64,000 nt of DNA from Euglena gracilis (lineage: Eukaryota): assembly GCA_039621445.1 (NCBI GenBank), contig CP154954.1, forward strand, positions 16,832,589-16,896,588, in the 5' to 3' direction. Made by a program: the position numbers and the translations under genes. Shown one piece after another: positions 14,243 to 27,394 of the stretch (position 1 is the stretch's first letter; every line of letters starts with the position of its first letter). A model generated the notes under the pieces. It was not told the origin of the DNA and did no database searches. It was given only the letters and a program-made list of their open reading frames with translations.

Positions 14243-17200
14243 GTTTTTTGATCCGAAAACGGCTTTTCGGCCCGCCAGCGCCCCGTTTTGGGCCGCCAAC
14301 CCATGTACTTTGGGTCAAACCCAGGTCAAAACAGTCGAAAAAAATCGAAAACAAAATTTTATGCCCAAAACGATGTTTTTTGGACTCCCGGACCCGGAAA
14401 AACTGTTTTTGAGCCGAAAACGAGCGTTTTTCGACCCGCCAGCGCCCCGTTTTGGGCCGCCAGCCCATTGACTTTGGGTCAACCCGGGTCAAAAAAAAAA
14501 AATCGAAAAATCGAAACGATGATTTTTGGCCTCCCGGACCCGGAAAAACTGTTATTGAGCCGAAAAACGAGCGTTTTTCGACCCGCCAGCGCCCCGTTTT
14601 GGGCCGCCAAACCCATTGACTTTGGGTCAAACCCGGGTCAAAAAAGATCGAAAAAAAAATTTTTTTTTTTGCCCAAAACGATGTTTTTTTGGCCTCCCGG
14701 ACCCAGAAAAACTGTTTTTGAGCCGAAAACGAGCGTTTTTTCGACCCGCCGGCGCCCCCGTTTTGGGCCGCCGACCCATTGACTTTGGGTCAAAACCGGG
14801 TCAAAAAAGTCGAAAAAAAATCGAAAAAAAATTTTTTTGCCCAAAACGATGTTTTTTTGGCCTCCCGGACCCGGAAAAACTGTTTTTGAGCCGAAAATGA
14901 GCGTTTTTCGACCCGCCAGCGCCCCGTTTTGGACCGCCGACCCATTGACTTTGGGTCAAACCGGGTCAAAAAAGTCGAAAAAAATCGAAAATTTTTTTTT
15001 GCCCAAAACGATGTTTTTTGGCCTCCCGGACCCGGAAAAACTGTTTTTGAGCCGAAACTGAGTTTTTCGACCCGCCAGCGCCCCGTTTTGGGCCGCCAAC
15101 CCATTGACTTTGGGTCAAAACCGGGTCAAAAAAGTCGAAAAAAATCGAAAAAAATTTTTTTGCCCAAAACGATGTTTTTTGGCCTCCCGGACCCGGAAAA
15201 ACTGTTTTTGAGCCGAAAACGAGCGTTTTTCGAACCACCGGCGCCCCGTTTTGGGCCGCCAGCCCATTGACTTTGGGTCAAACCCGGGTCAAAAAAGTCG
15301 AAAAAAAAAATCGCAAAACGATGTTTTTTGGCCTCCCGGACCCGAAAAACTGTTTTTGAGGCACAACCCAGCGTTTTTTCGACCCGCCAGCGCCCCGTTT
15401 TGGACCGCCGACCCATTGACTTTGGGTCAAACCCGGTCAAAAAAGTCGAAAAAAATCGAAAAAAATTTTTTTGCCCAAAACGATGTTTTTTGGCCTCCCG
15501 GACCCGGAAAAACTGTTTTTGAGCCGAAAACGAGCGTTTTTTCGACCCGCCAGCGCCCCGTTTTGGGCCGCCGACCCATTGACTTTGGGTCAAACCCGGG
15601 TCAAAAAAGGCGAAAAAAATCGAAAATTTTTTTTGCCCAAAACGATGTTTTTTGGCCTCCCGGACCCGGAAAAACTGTTTTTGAGCCGAAAACGAGCGTT
15701 TTTTCGACCCGCCAGCGCCCCGTTTTGGGCCGCCGACCCATTGGCTTTGGGTCAAAACCCGGGTCAAAAAAGTCGAAAAAAAAAAAATCGAAAAATTTTT
15801 TTTGCCCGAAACGATGTTTTTTGGCCTCCCTTACCCGGAAAAACTGTTTTTTTGAGGAACTGTTTTTGCAATTTTGAGGCCGAGGTCTCTGGGAGTTTGT
15901 CTCGCACCACCCTCGTGTTTTTTTCCGAGACGCCCCCCGCGCCAGCCTACTCTCCCCGTTTTTTTGGCACGCCTCCAAGCCCATTGACTTTTGGGTCAAA
16001 ACACCGGGTCGAAAAGTCGAAAAAAATCGAAATTTTTTTTTTCCCCAAAAAAAAACGAAAAAAAAAAAAAAGTCCAGCAAAATCGAAAAACATTTTTTGC
16101 CCAACGATGTTTTTTTGGCCTCCCGGACCCGGAAAAACTGTTTTTGAGCCGAAAACGAGCGTTTTTCGACCCGCCAGCGCCCCGTTTTGGGCCGCCGACC
16201 CATTGACTTTGGGTCAAACCCGGGTCAAAAAAGTCGAAAAAAATCGAAAAAATTTTTTTTGCCCAAAACGATGTTTTTTGGCCTCCCGGACCCGGAAAAA
16301 CTGTTTTTGAGCCGAAAACGAGCGTTTTTCGACCCGCCACGCCCCGTTTTGGGCCGCCAACCCATCGACTTTGGGTCAAACCCGGGTCAAAAAAGTCGAA
16401 AAAAATCGAATTTTTTTTTGCCCAAAACGATGTTTTTTGGCCTCCCGGACCCGGAAAAACTGTTTTTGAGCCGAAAACGAGCGTTTTTCGACCCGCCAGC
16501 GCCCCGTTTTGGGCCGCCAACCCATTGACTTTGGGTCAAAACCGGGTCAAAAAAGTCGAAAAAAATCGAAAAATTTTTTTTTTTGCCCGAAACGATGTTT
16601 TTGGGCCTCCCGGACCCGGAAAAACTGTTTTTGAGCCGAAAACGAGCGTTTTTCGACCCGCCAGCGCCCCGTTTTGGGCCGCCGACCCATTGACTTTGGG
16701 TCAAAACCGGGTCAAAAAGTCGAAAAAAATCGAAAAATTTTTTTTGCCCAAAACGATGTTTTTTTGGCCTCCCGGACCCGGAAAAACTGTTTTTGAGCCG
16801 AAAACGAGCGTTTTTCGACCCGCCAGCGCCCCGTTTTGGGCCGCCGACCCATTAACTTGGGTTAAAACCCGGGTCAAAAAAGTCAAAAAAAATCAAAAAT
16901 TTTTTTTTGCCCAAAACGATGTTTTTGGGCCTCCCGGACCCGGAAAAACTGTTTTTGAGCCGAAAACGAGCGTTTTTCGACCCGCCAGCGCCCCGTTTTG
17001 GGCCGCCGACCCATTGACTTTGGGTCAAACCCGGGTCAAAAAAGTCGAAAAAAATCGAAAATTTTTTTTTGCCCAAAACGATGTTTTTTGGCCTCCCGGA
17101 CCCGGAAAAACTGTTTTTGAGCCGAAAATGAGCGTTTTTCGACCCGCCAGCGCCCCGTTTTGGGCCGCCGACCCATTGACTTTGGGTCAAACCCGGGTCA

Positions 17201-20200
17201 AAAAAGTCGAAAAAAATCGAAAATTTTTTTTTTTCCCAAAACGATGTTTTTGGGCCTCCCGGACCCGGAAAAAAAACTGTTTTTGAGCCGAAAAATGAGC
17301 GTTTTTCGACCCACCAGCGCCCCGTTTTGGGCCGCCGACCCATTGACTTTGGGTCAAAACCGGGTCAAAAAAGTCGAAAAAATCGAAAAAAATCGAGATT
17401 TTTTTTTGTTTGAAACGATGTTTTTTTGGCCTCCCGGACCCGGAAAAACTGTTTTTGAGCCGAAAACGAGCGTTTTTCGACCCGCCAGCGCCCCGTTTTG
17501 GGCCGCCGACCCATTGACTTTGGGTCAAAACCGGGTCAAAAAAGTCGAAAAAAATCGAAAATTTTTTTTTTGCCCAAAACGATGTTTTTTTGGCCTCCCG
17601 GACCCGGAAAAACTGTTTTTGAGCCGAAAACGAGCGTTTTTCGACCCGCCAGCGCCCCGTTTTGGGCCGACCGACCCATTGACTTTGGGTCAAACCGGGT
17701 CCAAAAAGTCGAAAAAAATCGAAAATTTTTTTTTGCCCGAAACGATGTTTTTTGGCCTCCCGGACCCGGAAAAACTGTTTTTGAGCCGAAAACGAGCGTT
17801 TTTCGACCCGCCAGCGCCCCGTTTTGGGCCGCCGACCCATTGACTTTGGGTCAAACCGGGTCAAAAAAGTCGAAAAAAATCGAAAATTTTTTTTTGCCCA
17901 AACGATGTTTTTTGGCCTCCCAGACCCGGCCGGAGAAACTGTTTTTGAGCCGAAAACGAGCGTTTTTCGACCCGCCAGCGCCCCGTTTTGGGCCGCCGAC
18001 CCATTGACTTTGGGTCAAACCCGGGTCAAAAAAGTCGAAAAAAATCGAAAAAATTTTTTTTGCCCAAAACGATGTTTTTTGGCCTCCCGGACCCGGAAAA
18101 ACTGTTTTTGAGCCGAAAACGAGCTTTTTTTCGACCCGCCAGCGCCCCGTTTTGGGCCGCCGACCCATTGACTTTGGGTCAAACCCGGGTCAAAAAAGTC
18201 GAAAAAAATCGAAAAATTTTTTTTGCCCAAAACGATGTTTTTTGGCCTCCCGGACCCGGAAAAACTGTTTTTTGAGCCAAAAACGAGCGTTTTTCGACCC
18301 GCCAGCGCCCCGTTTTGGGCCGCCGACCCATTGACTTTGGGTAAAACCCGGGTCAAAAAAGTCGAAAAAAATCGAAAAATTTTTTTTTGCCCAAAACGAT
18401 GTTTTTTGGCCTCCCGGACCCGGAAAAAACTGTTTTTGAGCCGAAAACGAGCGTTTTTCGACCCGCCAGCGCCCCGTTTTGGGCCGCCAACCCATTGATT
18501 TTGGGTAAAACCCGGGTCAAAAAAGTCGAAAAAAATCGAAAAAAATTTTTTTTGCCCAAAACGATGTTTTTTGGCCTCCCGGACCCGGAAAAACTGTTTT
18601 TGAGCCGAAAACGAGCGTTTTTCGACCCGCCAGCGCCCCGTTTTGGGCCGCCGACCCATTGACTTTGGGTCAAACCGGGTCAAAAAAGTCGAAAAAAATC
18701 GAAAAAATTTTTTTTGCCCAAAACGATGTTTTTTGGCCTCCCGGACCCGGAAAAACTGTTTTTGAGCCGAAAATGGGCGTTTTTTCGACCGGCCAGCGCC
18801 CCGTTTTGGGCCGCCGACCCATTGACTTTGGGTCAAAACCGGGTCAAAAAAGTCGAAAAAATCGAAAATTTTTTTTTGCCCAAAACGATGTTTTTTGGCC
18901 TCCCGGACCCGGAAAAACTGTTTTTGAGCCGAAAACGAGCGTTTTTCGACCCGCCAGCGCCCCGTTTTGGGCCGCCAACCCATTGACTTTGGGTCAAACC
19001 CGGGTCAAAAAAGTCGAAAAAAAATGGAAAATTTTTTTTTGCCCAAAACGATGTTTTTTGGCCTCCCGGACCCGGAAAAACTGTTTTTGAGCCGAAAATG
19101 AGCGTTTTTCGACCCGCCAGCGCCCCGTTTTGGGCCGCCGACCCATTGACTTTGGGTCAAACCCGGGTCAAAAAAGTCGAAAAAATCGAAAATTTTTTTT
19201 GCCCAAAACGATGTTTTTTGGCCTCCCAGACCCGGAAAAACTGTTTTTGAGCCGAAAACGAGCGTTTTTCGACCCGCCAGCGCCCCGTTTTGGGCCGCCG
19301 ACCCATTGACTTTGGGTCAAACCCGGGTCAAAAAAGTCGAAAAAAATCGAAAAATTTTTTTTGCCCAAAACGATGTTTTTTGGCCTCCCGGACCCGGAAA
19401 AACTGTTTTTGAGCCAAAAATGAGCGTTTTTCGACCCGCCAGCGCCCCGTTTTGGGCCGCCAACCCATTGACTTTGGGTCAAACCCGGGTCAAAAAAGTC
19501 GAAAAAAATCGAAAAAATTTTTTTTGCCCAAAACGATGTTTTTTGGCCTCCCGGACCCGGAAAAACTGTTTTTGAGCCGAAAACGAGCGTTTTTCGACCC
19601 GCCGGCGCCCCGTTTTGGGCCGCCAGCCCATTGACTTTGGGTCAAACCCGGGTCAAAAAAGTCGAAAAAAATCGAAAATTTTTTTTTGCCCAAAACGATG
19701 TTTTTTGGCCTCCCGGACCCGGAAAAACTGTTTTTGAGCCAAAAATGATCTTTTTTCTACCCGCCAGCGCCCCGTTTTGGGCCGCCAACCCATTGACTTT
19801 GGGTCAAACCCGGGTCAAAAAAGTCGAAAAAAATCGAAAATTTTTTTTTGCCCAAAACGATGTTTTTTGGCCTCCCGGACCCGGAAAAACTGTTTTTGAG
19901 CCAAAAATGAGCGTTTTTCGACCCGCCAGCGCCCCGTTTTGGGCCGCCAGCCCATTGACTTTGGGTCAAACCCGGGTCAAAAAAGTCGAAAAAAATCGAA
20001 AAAATTTTTTTTGCCCAAAACGATGTTTTTTGGCCTCCCGGACCCGGAAAAACTGTTTTTGAGCCGAAAATGAGCGTTTTTCGACCCGCCAGCGCCCCGT
20101 TTTGGGCCGCCAACCCATTGACTTTGGGTCAAACCCGGGTCAAAAAAGTCGAAAAAAATCGAAAAAAATTTTTTTTGCCCAAAACGATGTTTTTTGGCCT

Positions 20201-23200
20201 CCCGGACCCGGAAAAACTGTTTTTGAGCCGAAAACGAGCGTTTTTCGACCCGCCAGCGCCCCGTTTTGGGCCGCCAGCCCATTGACTTTGGGTCAAACCC
20301 GGGTCAAAAAAGTCGAAAAAAATCGAAAATTTTTTTTGCCCAAAACGATGTTTTTTGGCCTCCCGGACCCGGAAAAACTGTTTTTGAGCCGAAAATGAGC
20401 GTTTTTCGACCCGCCAGCGCCCCGTTTTAAGCCGCCAACCCATTATTGACTTTGGGTCAAAACCGGGTCAAACCCGGGTCAAAAAAGTCGAAAAAAATCG
20501 AAAATTTTTTTTTGCCCAAAACGATGTTTTTTGGCCTCCCGGACCCGGAAAAACTGTTTTTGAGCCGAAAATGAGCGTTTTTCGACCCGCCAGCGCCCCG
20601 TTTTGGGCCGCCAACCCATTGACTTTGGGTCAAACCCGGGTCAAAAAAGTCGAAAAAAATCGAAAAAAATTTTTTTTGCCCGAAACGATGTTTTTTGGCC
20701 TCCCGGACCCGGAAAAACTGTTTTTGAGCTGAAAATGAGCGTTTTTAGACCCGACGGCGCCCCGTTTTGGGCCGCCAACCCATTATTGACTTTGGGTCAA
20801 AACCGGGTCAAAAAAGTCAAAAAAAAACGAAAAAAATCGAAATTTTTTTGCCCAAAACGATGTTTTTTGGCCTCCCGGACCCGGAAAAACTGTTTTTGAG
20901 CCGAAAAATGAGCGTTTTTTTTTTTTCGACCCGCGAGCGCCCCTTTTTGGGCCGCCAACACATTGACTTTGGGTCAAACCCGGGTCAAAAAAGTCGAAAA
21001 AAATCGAAATTTTTTTTTGCCCAAAACGATGTTTTTTTGGCCTCCCGGACCCGGAAAAACTGTTTTTGAGCCGAAAACGAGCGTTTTTCGACCCGCCAGC
21101 GCCCCGTTTTGGGCCGCCAGCCCATTGACTTTGGGTCAAACCCGGGTCAAAAAAGTCGAAAAAAATCGAAAAAAAATTTTTTGCCCAAAACGATGTTTTT
21201 TGGCCTCCCGGACCCGGAAAAACTGTTTTTGAGCCGAAAACGAGCGTTTTTCGACCCGCCAGCGCCCCGTTTTGGGCCGCCAGCCCATTGACTTTGGGTC
21301 AAACCCGGGTCAAAAAAGTCGAAAAAAATCGAAAATTTTTTTTGCCCAAAACGATGTTTTTTGGCCTCCCGGACCCGGAAAAACTGTTTTTGAGCCGAAA
21401 ATGAGCGTTTTTCGACCCGCCAGCGCCCCGTTTTAAGCCGCCAACCCATTATTGACTTTGGGTCAAAACCGGGTCAAACCCGGGTCAAAAAAGTCGAAAA
21501 AAATCGAAAATTTTTTTTGCCCAAAACGATGTTTTTTGGCCTCCCGGACCCGGAAAAACTGTTTTTGAGCCAAAAATGAGCGTTTTTCGACCCGCCGGCG
21601 CCCCGTTTTGGGCCGCCAGCCCATTGACTTTGGGTCAAACCCGGGTCAAAAAAGTCGAAAAAAATCGAAAATTTTTTTTTTCCCGAAACGATGATTTTTG
21701 GCCTCCCGGACCCGGAAAAACTGTTTTTGAGCCGAAAATGAGCGTTTTTCGACCCGCCAGCGCCCCGTTTTAAGCCGCCAACCCATTATTGACTTTGGGT
21801 CAAAACCGGGTCAAAACCGGGTCAAAACAGTCGAAAAAAATCGAAATTTTTTTTTTGCCCGAAACGATGTTTTTTGGCCTCCCGGACCCGGAAAAACTGT
21901 TTTTGAGCCAAAAATGAGCGTTTTTCGACCCGCCAGCGCCCCGTTTTGGGCCGCCAGCCCATTGACTTTGGGTCAAACCCGGGTCAAAAAAGTCGAAAAA
22001 AATCGAAAATTTTTTTTGCCCAAAACGATGTTTTTTGGCCTCCCGGACCCGGAAAAACTGTTTTTGAGCCGAAAATGAGCGTTTTTCGACCCGCCAGCGC
22101 CCCGTTTTGGGCCGCAAACCCATTGACTTTGGGTCAAACCCGGGTCAAAAAAGTCGAAAAAAATCGAAAAAATTTTTTCCCAAAACGATGTTTTTTGGCC
22201 TCCCGGACCCGGAAAAACTGTTTTTGAGCCGAAAACGAGCGTTTTTCGACCCGCCAGCGCCCCGTTTTGGGCCGCCAGCCCATTGACTTTGGGTCAAACC
22301 CGGGTCAAAAAAGTCGAAAAAAATCGAAAATTTTTTTTTGCCCAAAACGATGTTTTTTGGCCTCCCGGACCCGGAAAAACTGTTTTTGAGCCGAAAATGA
22401 GCGTTTTTCGACCCGCCAGCGCCCCGTTTTAAGCCGCCAACCCATTATTGACTTTGGGTCAAAACCGGGTCAAAAAAGTCGAAAAAAATCGAAAAAATTT
22501 TTTCCCAAAACGATGTTTTTTGGCCTCCCGGACCCGGAAAAACTGTTTTTGAGCCGAAAACGAGCGTTTTTCGACCCGCCGGCGCCCCGTTTTGGGCCGC
22601 CAGCCCATTGACTTTGGGTCAAACCCGGGTCAAAAAAGTCGAAAAAAGTCGAAAAAAATCGAAAATTTTTTTTTGCCCGAAACGATGTTTTTTGGCCTCC
22701 CGGACCCGGAAAAACTGTTTTTGAGCCGAAAATGAGCGTTTTTCGACCCGCCAGCGCCCCGTTTTGGGCCGCCAACCCATTGACTTTGGGTCAAAACCGG
22801 GTCAAAACCGGGTCAAAACAGTCGAAAAAAATCGAAATTTTTTTTTTGCCCGAAACGATGTTTTTTGGCCTCCCGGACCCGGAAAAACTGTTTTTGAGCC
22901 GAAAACGAGTGTTTTTCGACCCGCCAGCGCCCCGTTTTGGGCCGCCAGCCCATTGACTTTGGGTCAAACCCGGGTCAAAAAAGTCGAAAAAAATCGAAAA
23001 TTTTTTTTTGCCCAAAACGATGTTTTTTGGCCTCCCGGACCCGGAAAAACTGTTTTTGAGCCGAAAATGAGCGTTTTTCGACCCGCCAGCGCCCCGTTTT
23101 GGGCCGCCAGCCCATTGACTTTGGGTCAAACCCGGGTCAAAAAAGTCGAAAAAAATCGAAAAATTTTTTTTTGCCCAAAACGATGTTTTTTGGCCTCCCG

Positions 23201-26200
23201 GACCCGGAAAAACTGTTTTTGAGCCGAAAACGAGCGTTTTTCGACCCGCCAGCGCCCCGTTTTGGGCCGCCAGCCCATTGACTTTGGGTCAAACCCGGGT
23301 CAAAAAAGTCGAAAAAAATCGAAAAAAATTTGCCCAAAACGATGTTTTTTGGCCTCCCGGACCCGGAAAAACTGTTTTTGAGCCGAAAATGAGCGTTTTT
23401 CGACCCGCCGGCGCCCCGTTTTGGGCCGCCAGCCCATTGACTTTGGGTCAAACCCGGGTCAAAAAAGTCGAAAAAAATCGAAAAAATTTTTTTTCCCGAA
23501 ACGATGATTTTTGGCCTCCCGGACCCGGAAAAACTGTTTTTGAGCCGAAAATGAGCGTTTTTCGACCCGCCAGCGCCCCGTTTTGGGCCGCCAGCCCATT
23601 GACTTTGGGTCAAACCCGGGTCAAAAAAGTCGAAAAAAATCGAAAATTTTTTTTTGCCCAAAACGATGTTTTTTGGCCTCCCGGACCCGGAAAAACTGTT
23701 TTTGAGCCGAAAATGAGCGTTTTTCGACCCGCCAGCGCCCCGTTTTGGGCCGCCAGCCCATTGACTTTGGGTCAAACCCGGGTCAAAAAAGTCGAAAAAA
23801 ATCGAAAAAATTTTTTCCCAAAACGATGTTTTTTGGCCTCCCGGACCCGGAAAAACTGTTTTTGAGCCGAAAACGAGCGTTTTTCGACCCGCCGGCGCCC
23901 CGTTTTGGGCCGCCAGCCCATTGACTTTGGGTCAAACCCGGGTCAAAAAAGTCGAAAAAAATCGAAAAAATTTTTTTCCCGAAACGATGTTTTTTGGCCT
24001 CCCGGACCCGGAAAAACTGTTTTTGAGCCGAAAAAGAGGGTTTTTTGAACCGGCCGCGCCCCGTTTTGGGCCGCCAACCACATTACTTTCGGTCAAACCC
24101 GGGTCAAAAAAGTCGAAAAAAATCGAAAATTTTTTTTTTGCCCAAAACGATGTTTTTTGGCCTCCCGGACCCGGAAAAACTGTTTTTGAGCCGAAAATGA
24201 GCGTTTTTCGACCCGCCAGCGCCCCGTTTTGGGCCGCCAGCCCATTGACTTTGGGTCAAACCCGGGTCAAAAAAGTCGAAAAAAATCGAAAATTTTTTTT
24301 GCCCAAAACGATGTTTTTTGGCCTCCCGGACCCGGAAAAACTGTTTTTGAGCCGAAAATGAGCGTTTTTCGACCCGCCAGCGCCCCGTTTTGGGCCGCCA
24401 GCCCATTGACTTTGGGTCAAACCCGGGTCAAAAAAGTCGAAAAAAATCGAAAATTTTTTTTGCCCAAAACGATGTTTTTTGGCCTCCCGGACCCGGAAAA
24501 ACTGTTTTTGAGCCGAAAACGAGCGTTTTTCGACCCGCCGGCGCCCCGTTTTGGGCCGCAAACCCATTGACTTTGGGTCAAACCCGGGTCAAAAAAGTCG
24601 AAAAAAATCGAAAATTTTTTTTGCCCAAAACGATGTTTTTTGGCCTCCCGGACCCGGAAAAAACTGTTTTTGAGCCGAAAACGAGCGTTTTTCGACCCGC
24701 CAGCGCCCCGTTTTGGGCCGCCAGCCCATTGACTTTGGGTCAAACCCGGGTCAAAAAAGTCGAAAAAAATCGAAAATTTTTTTTGCCCAAAACGATGTTT
24801 TTTGGCCTCCCGGACCCGGAAAAACTGTTTTTGAGCCGAAAATGAGCGTTTTTCGACCCGCCAGCGCCCCGTTTTGGGCCGCCAGCCCATTGACTTTGGG
24901 TCAAACCCGGGTCAAAAAAGTCGAAAAAAATCGAAAAATTTTTTTTTGCCCAAAACGATGTTTTTTGGCCTCCCGGACCCGGAAAAACTGTTTTTGAGCC
25001 GAAAATGAGCGTTTTTCGACCCGCCAGCGCCCCGTTTTGGGCCGCCAGCCCATTGACTTTGGGTCAAACCCGGGTCAAAAAAGTCGAAAAAAATCGAAAA
25101 TTTTTTTTTGCCCAAAACGATGTTTTTTGGCCTCCCGGACCCGGAAAAACTGTTTTTGAGCCGAAAACGAGCGTTTTTCGACCCGCCGGCGCCCCGTTTT
25201 GGGCCGCCAACCCATTGACTTTGGGTCAAACCCGGGTCAAAAAAGTCGAAAAAAATCGAAAATTTTTTTTGCCCAAAACGATGTTTTTTGGCCTCCCGGA
25301 CCCGGAAAAACTGTTTTTGAGCCGAAAACGAGCGTTTTTCGACCCGCCAGCGCCCCGTTTTGGGCCGCCAGCCCATTGACTTTGGGTCAAACCCGGGTCA
25401 AAAAAGTCGAAAAAAATCGAAAATTTTTTTTTGCCCAAAACGATGTTTTTTGGCCTCCCGGACCCGGAAAAACTGTTTTTGAGCCAAAAATGAGCGTTTT
25501 TCGACCCGCCAGCGCCCCGTTTTGGGCCGCCAACCCATTGACTTTGGGTCAAACCCGGGTCAAAAAAGTCGAAAAAAATCGAAAATTTTTTTTGCCCAAA
25601 ACGATGTTTTTTGGCCTCCCGGACCCGGAAAAACTGTTTTTGAGCCGAAAATGAGCGTTTTTCGACCCGCCAGCGCCCCGTTTTGGGCCGCCAGCCCATT
25701 GACTTTGGGTCAAACCCGGGTCAAAAAAGTCGAAAAAAATCGAAAAAATTTTTTCCCAAAACGATGTTTTTTGGCCTCCCGGACCCGGAAAAACTGTTTT
25801 TGAGCCGAAAACGAGCGTTTTTCGACCCGCCGGCGCCCCGTTTTGGGCCGCCAGCCCATTGACTTTGGGTCAAACCCGGGTCAAAAAAGTCGAAAAAAAT
25901 CGAAAATTTTTTTTTGCCCAAAACGATGTTTTTTGGCCTCCCGGACCCGGAAAAACTGTTTTTGAGCCGAAAATGAGCGTTTTTCGACCCGCCAGCGCCC
26001 CGTTTTGGGCCGCCAACCCATTGACTTTGGGTCAAACCCGGGTCAAAAAAGTCGAAAAAAATCGAAAATTTTTTTTGCCCAAAACGATGTTTTTTGGCCT
26101 CCCGGACCCGGAAAAACTGTTTTTGAGCCGAAAACGAGCGTTTTTCGACCCGCCGGCGCCCCGTTTTGGGCCGCAAACCCATTGACTTTGGGTCAAACCC

Positions 26201-27382
26201 GGGTCAAAAAAGTCGAAAAAAATCGAAAAAAATTTTTTTGCCCAAAACGATGTTTTTTGGCCTCCCGGACCCGGAAAAACTGTTTTTGAGCCGAAAACGA
26301 GCGTTTTTCGACCCGCCAGCGCCCCGTTTTGGGCCGCCAGCCCATTGACTTTGGGTCAAACCCGGGTCAAAAAAGTCGAAAAAAATCGAAAATTTATTTT
26401 TTTTTTTTGCCCAAAACGATGTCCCGGACCCGGAAAAACTGTTTTTGAGCCGAAAATGAGCGTTTTTCGACCCGCCAGCGCCCCGTTTTGGGCCGCCCAG
26501 CCCCCCGTTTTTTGGGTCAAACCCGGGTAAAAAAAGTCGAAAAAAATCGAAAATTTTTTTTGCCCAAAACGATGTTTTTTGGCCTCCCGGACCCGGAAAA
26601 ACTGTTTTTGAGCCGAAAATGAGCGTTTTTCGACCCGCCAGCGCCCCGTTTTGGGCCGCCAGCCCATTGACTTTGGGTCAAACCCGGGTCAAAAAAGTCG
26701 AAAAAAATCGAAAATTTTTTTTGCCCAAAACGATGTTTTTTGGCCTCCCGGACCCGGAAAAACTGTTTTTGAGCCAAAAACGAGCGTTTTTCGACCCGCC
26801 GGCGCCCCGTTTTGGGCCGCCAACCCATTGGCTTTGGGTCAAACCCGGGTCAAAAAAGTCGAAAAAAATCGAAAAATTTATTTTTGCCCGCGATGTTTTT
26901 TGGCCTCCCGGACCCGGAAAAACTGTTTTTGAGCCGAAAACGAGCGTTTTTCGACCTGCCGGCGCCCCGTTTTGGGCCGCCAACCCATTGACTTTGGGTC
27001 AAACCCGGGTCAAAAAAGTCGAAAAAAATCGAAAAAAATTTTTTTTCCCGAAACGATGTTTTTTGGCCTCCCGGACCCGGAAAAACTGTTTTTGAGCCGA
27101 AAATGAGCGTTTTTCGACCCGCCAGCGCCCCGTTTTGGGCCGCCAACCCATTATTGACTTTGGGTCAAAACCGGGTCAAAACAGTCGAAAAAAATCGAAA
27201 AAATTTTTTTGCCCGAAACGATGTTTTTTGGCCTCCCGGACCCGGAAAAACTGTTTTTGAGCCGAAAACGAGCGTTTTTCGACCCGCCGGCGCCCCGTTT
27301 TGGGCCGCCAACCCGTTGACTTTGGGTCAAACCCGGGTCAAAAAAGTCGAAAAAAAAATCGAAAATGACCGTTTTTCAACCC
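3113..27382. repeat. Tandem satellite DNA array, monomer ~161-164 bp, roughly 150 head-to-tail copies
   Basis: Consensus gggtcaaaaaagtcgaaaaaaatcgaaaattttttttgcccaaaacgatgttttttggcctcccggacccggaaaaactgtttttgagccgaaaa(t/c)gagcgtttttcgacccgccagcgccccgttttgggccgcca(g/a)cccattgactttgggtcaaaccc. Successive unit starts at 3271, 3435, 3597, 3758. Copy number estimated as length divided by period. Confidence 0.99.
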
Positions 27383-27394
27383 CCTCCCAAGCCC

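Noticed and set aside
11640..16090. Apparent insertions or degenerate units in the array (11640-11800, 12665, 13955-14025, 14205, 15840-16090)
   Set aside because: They look like garbled monomers and poly-A runs typical of long-read consensus error; no TIR or TSD.
3113..27382. CRISPR array or rDNA/tRNA tandem array
   Set aside because: The whole unit is repeated with no unique spacers, and I recognise no 5S, tRNA, snRNA or spliced-leader sequence.
3113..27382. CENP-B box in the monomer
   Set aside because: TTCG and CGGG occur, but not with the TTCG-N4-A-N2-CGGG spacing on either strand.
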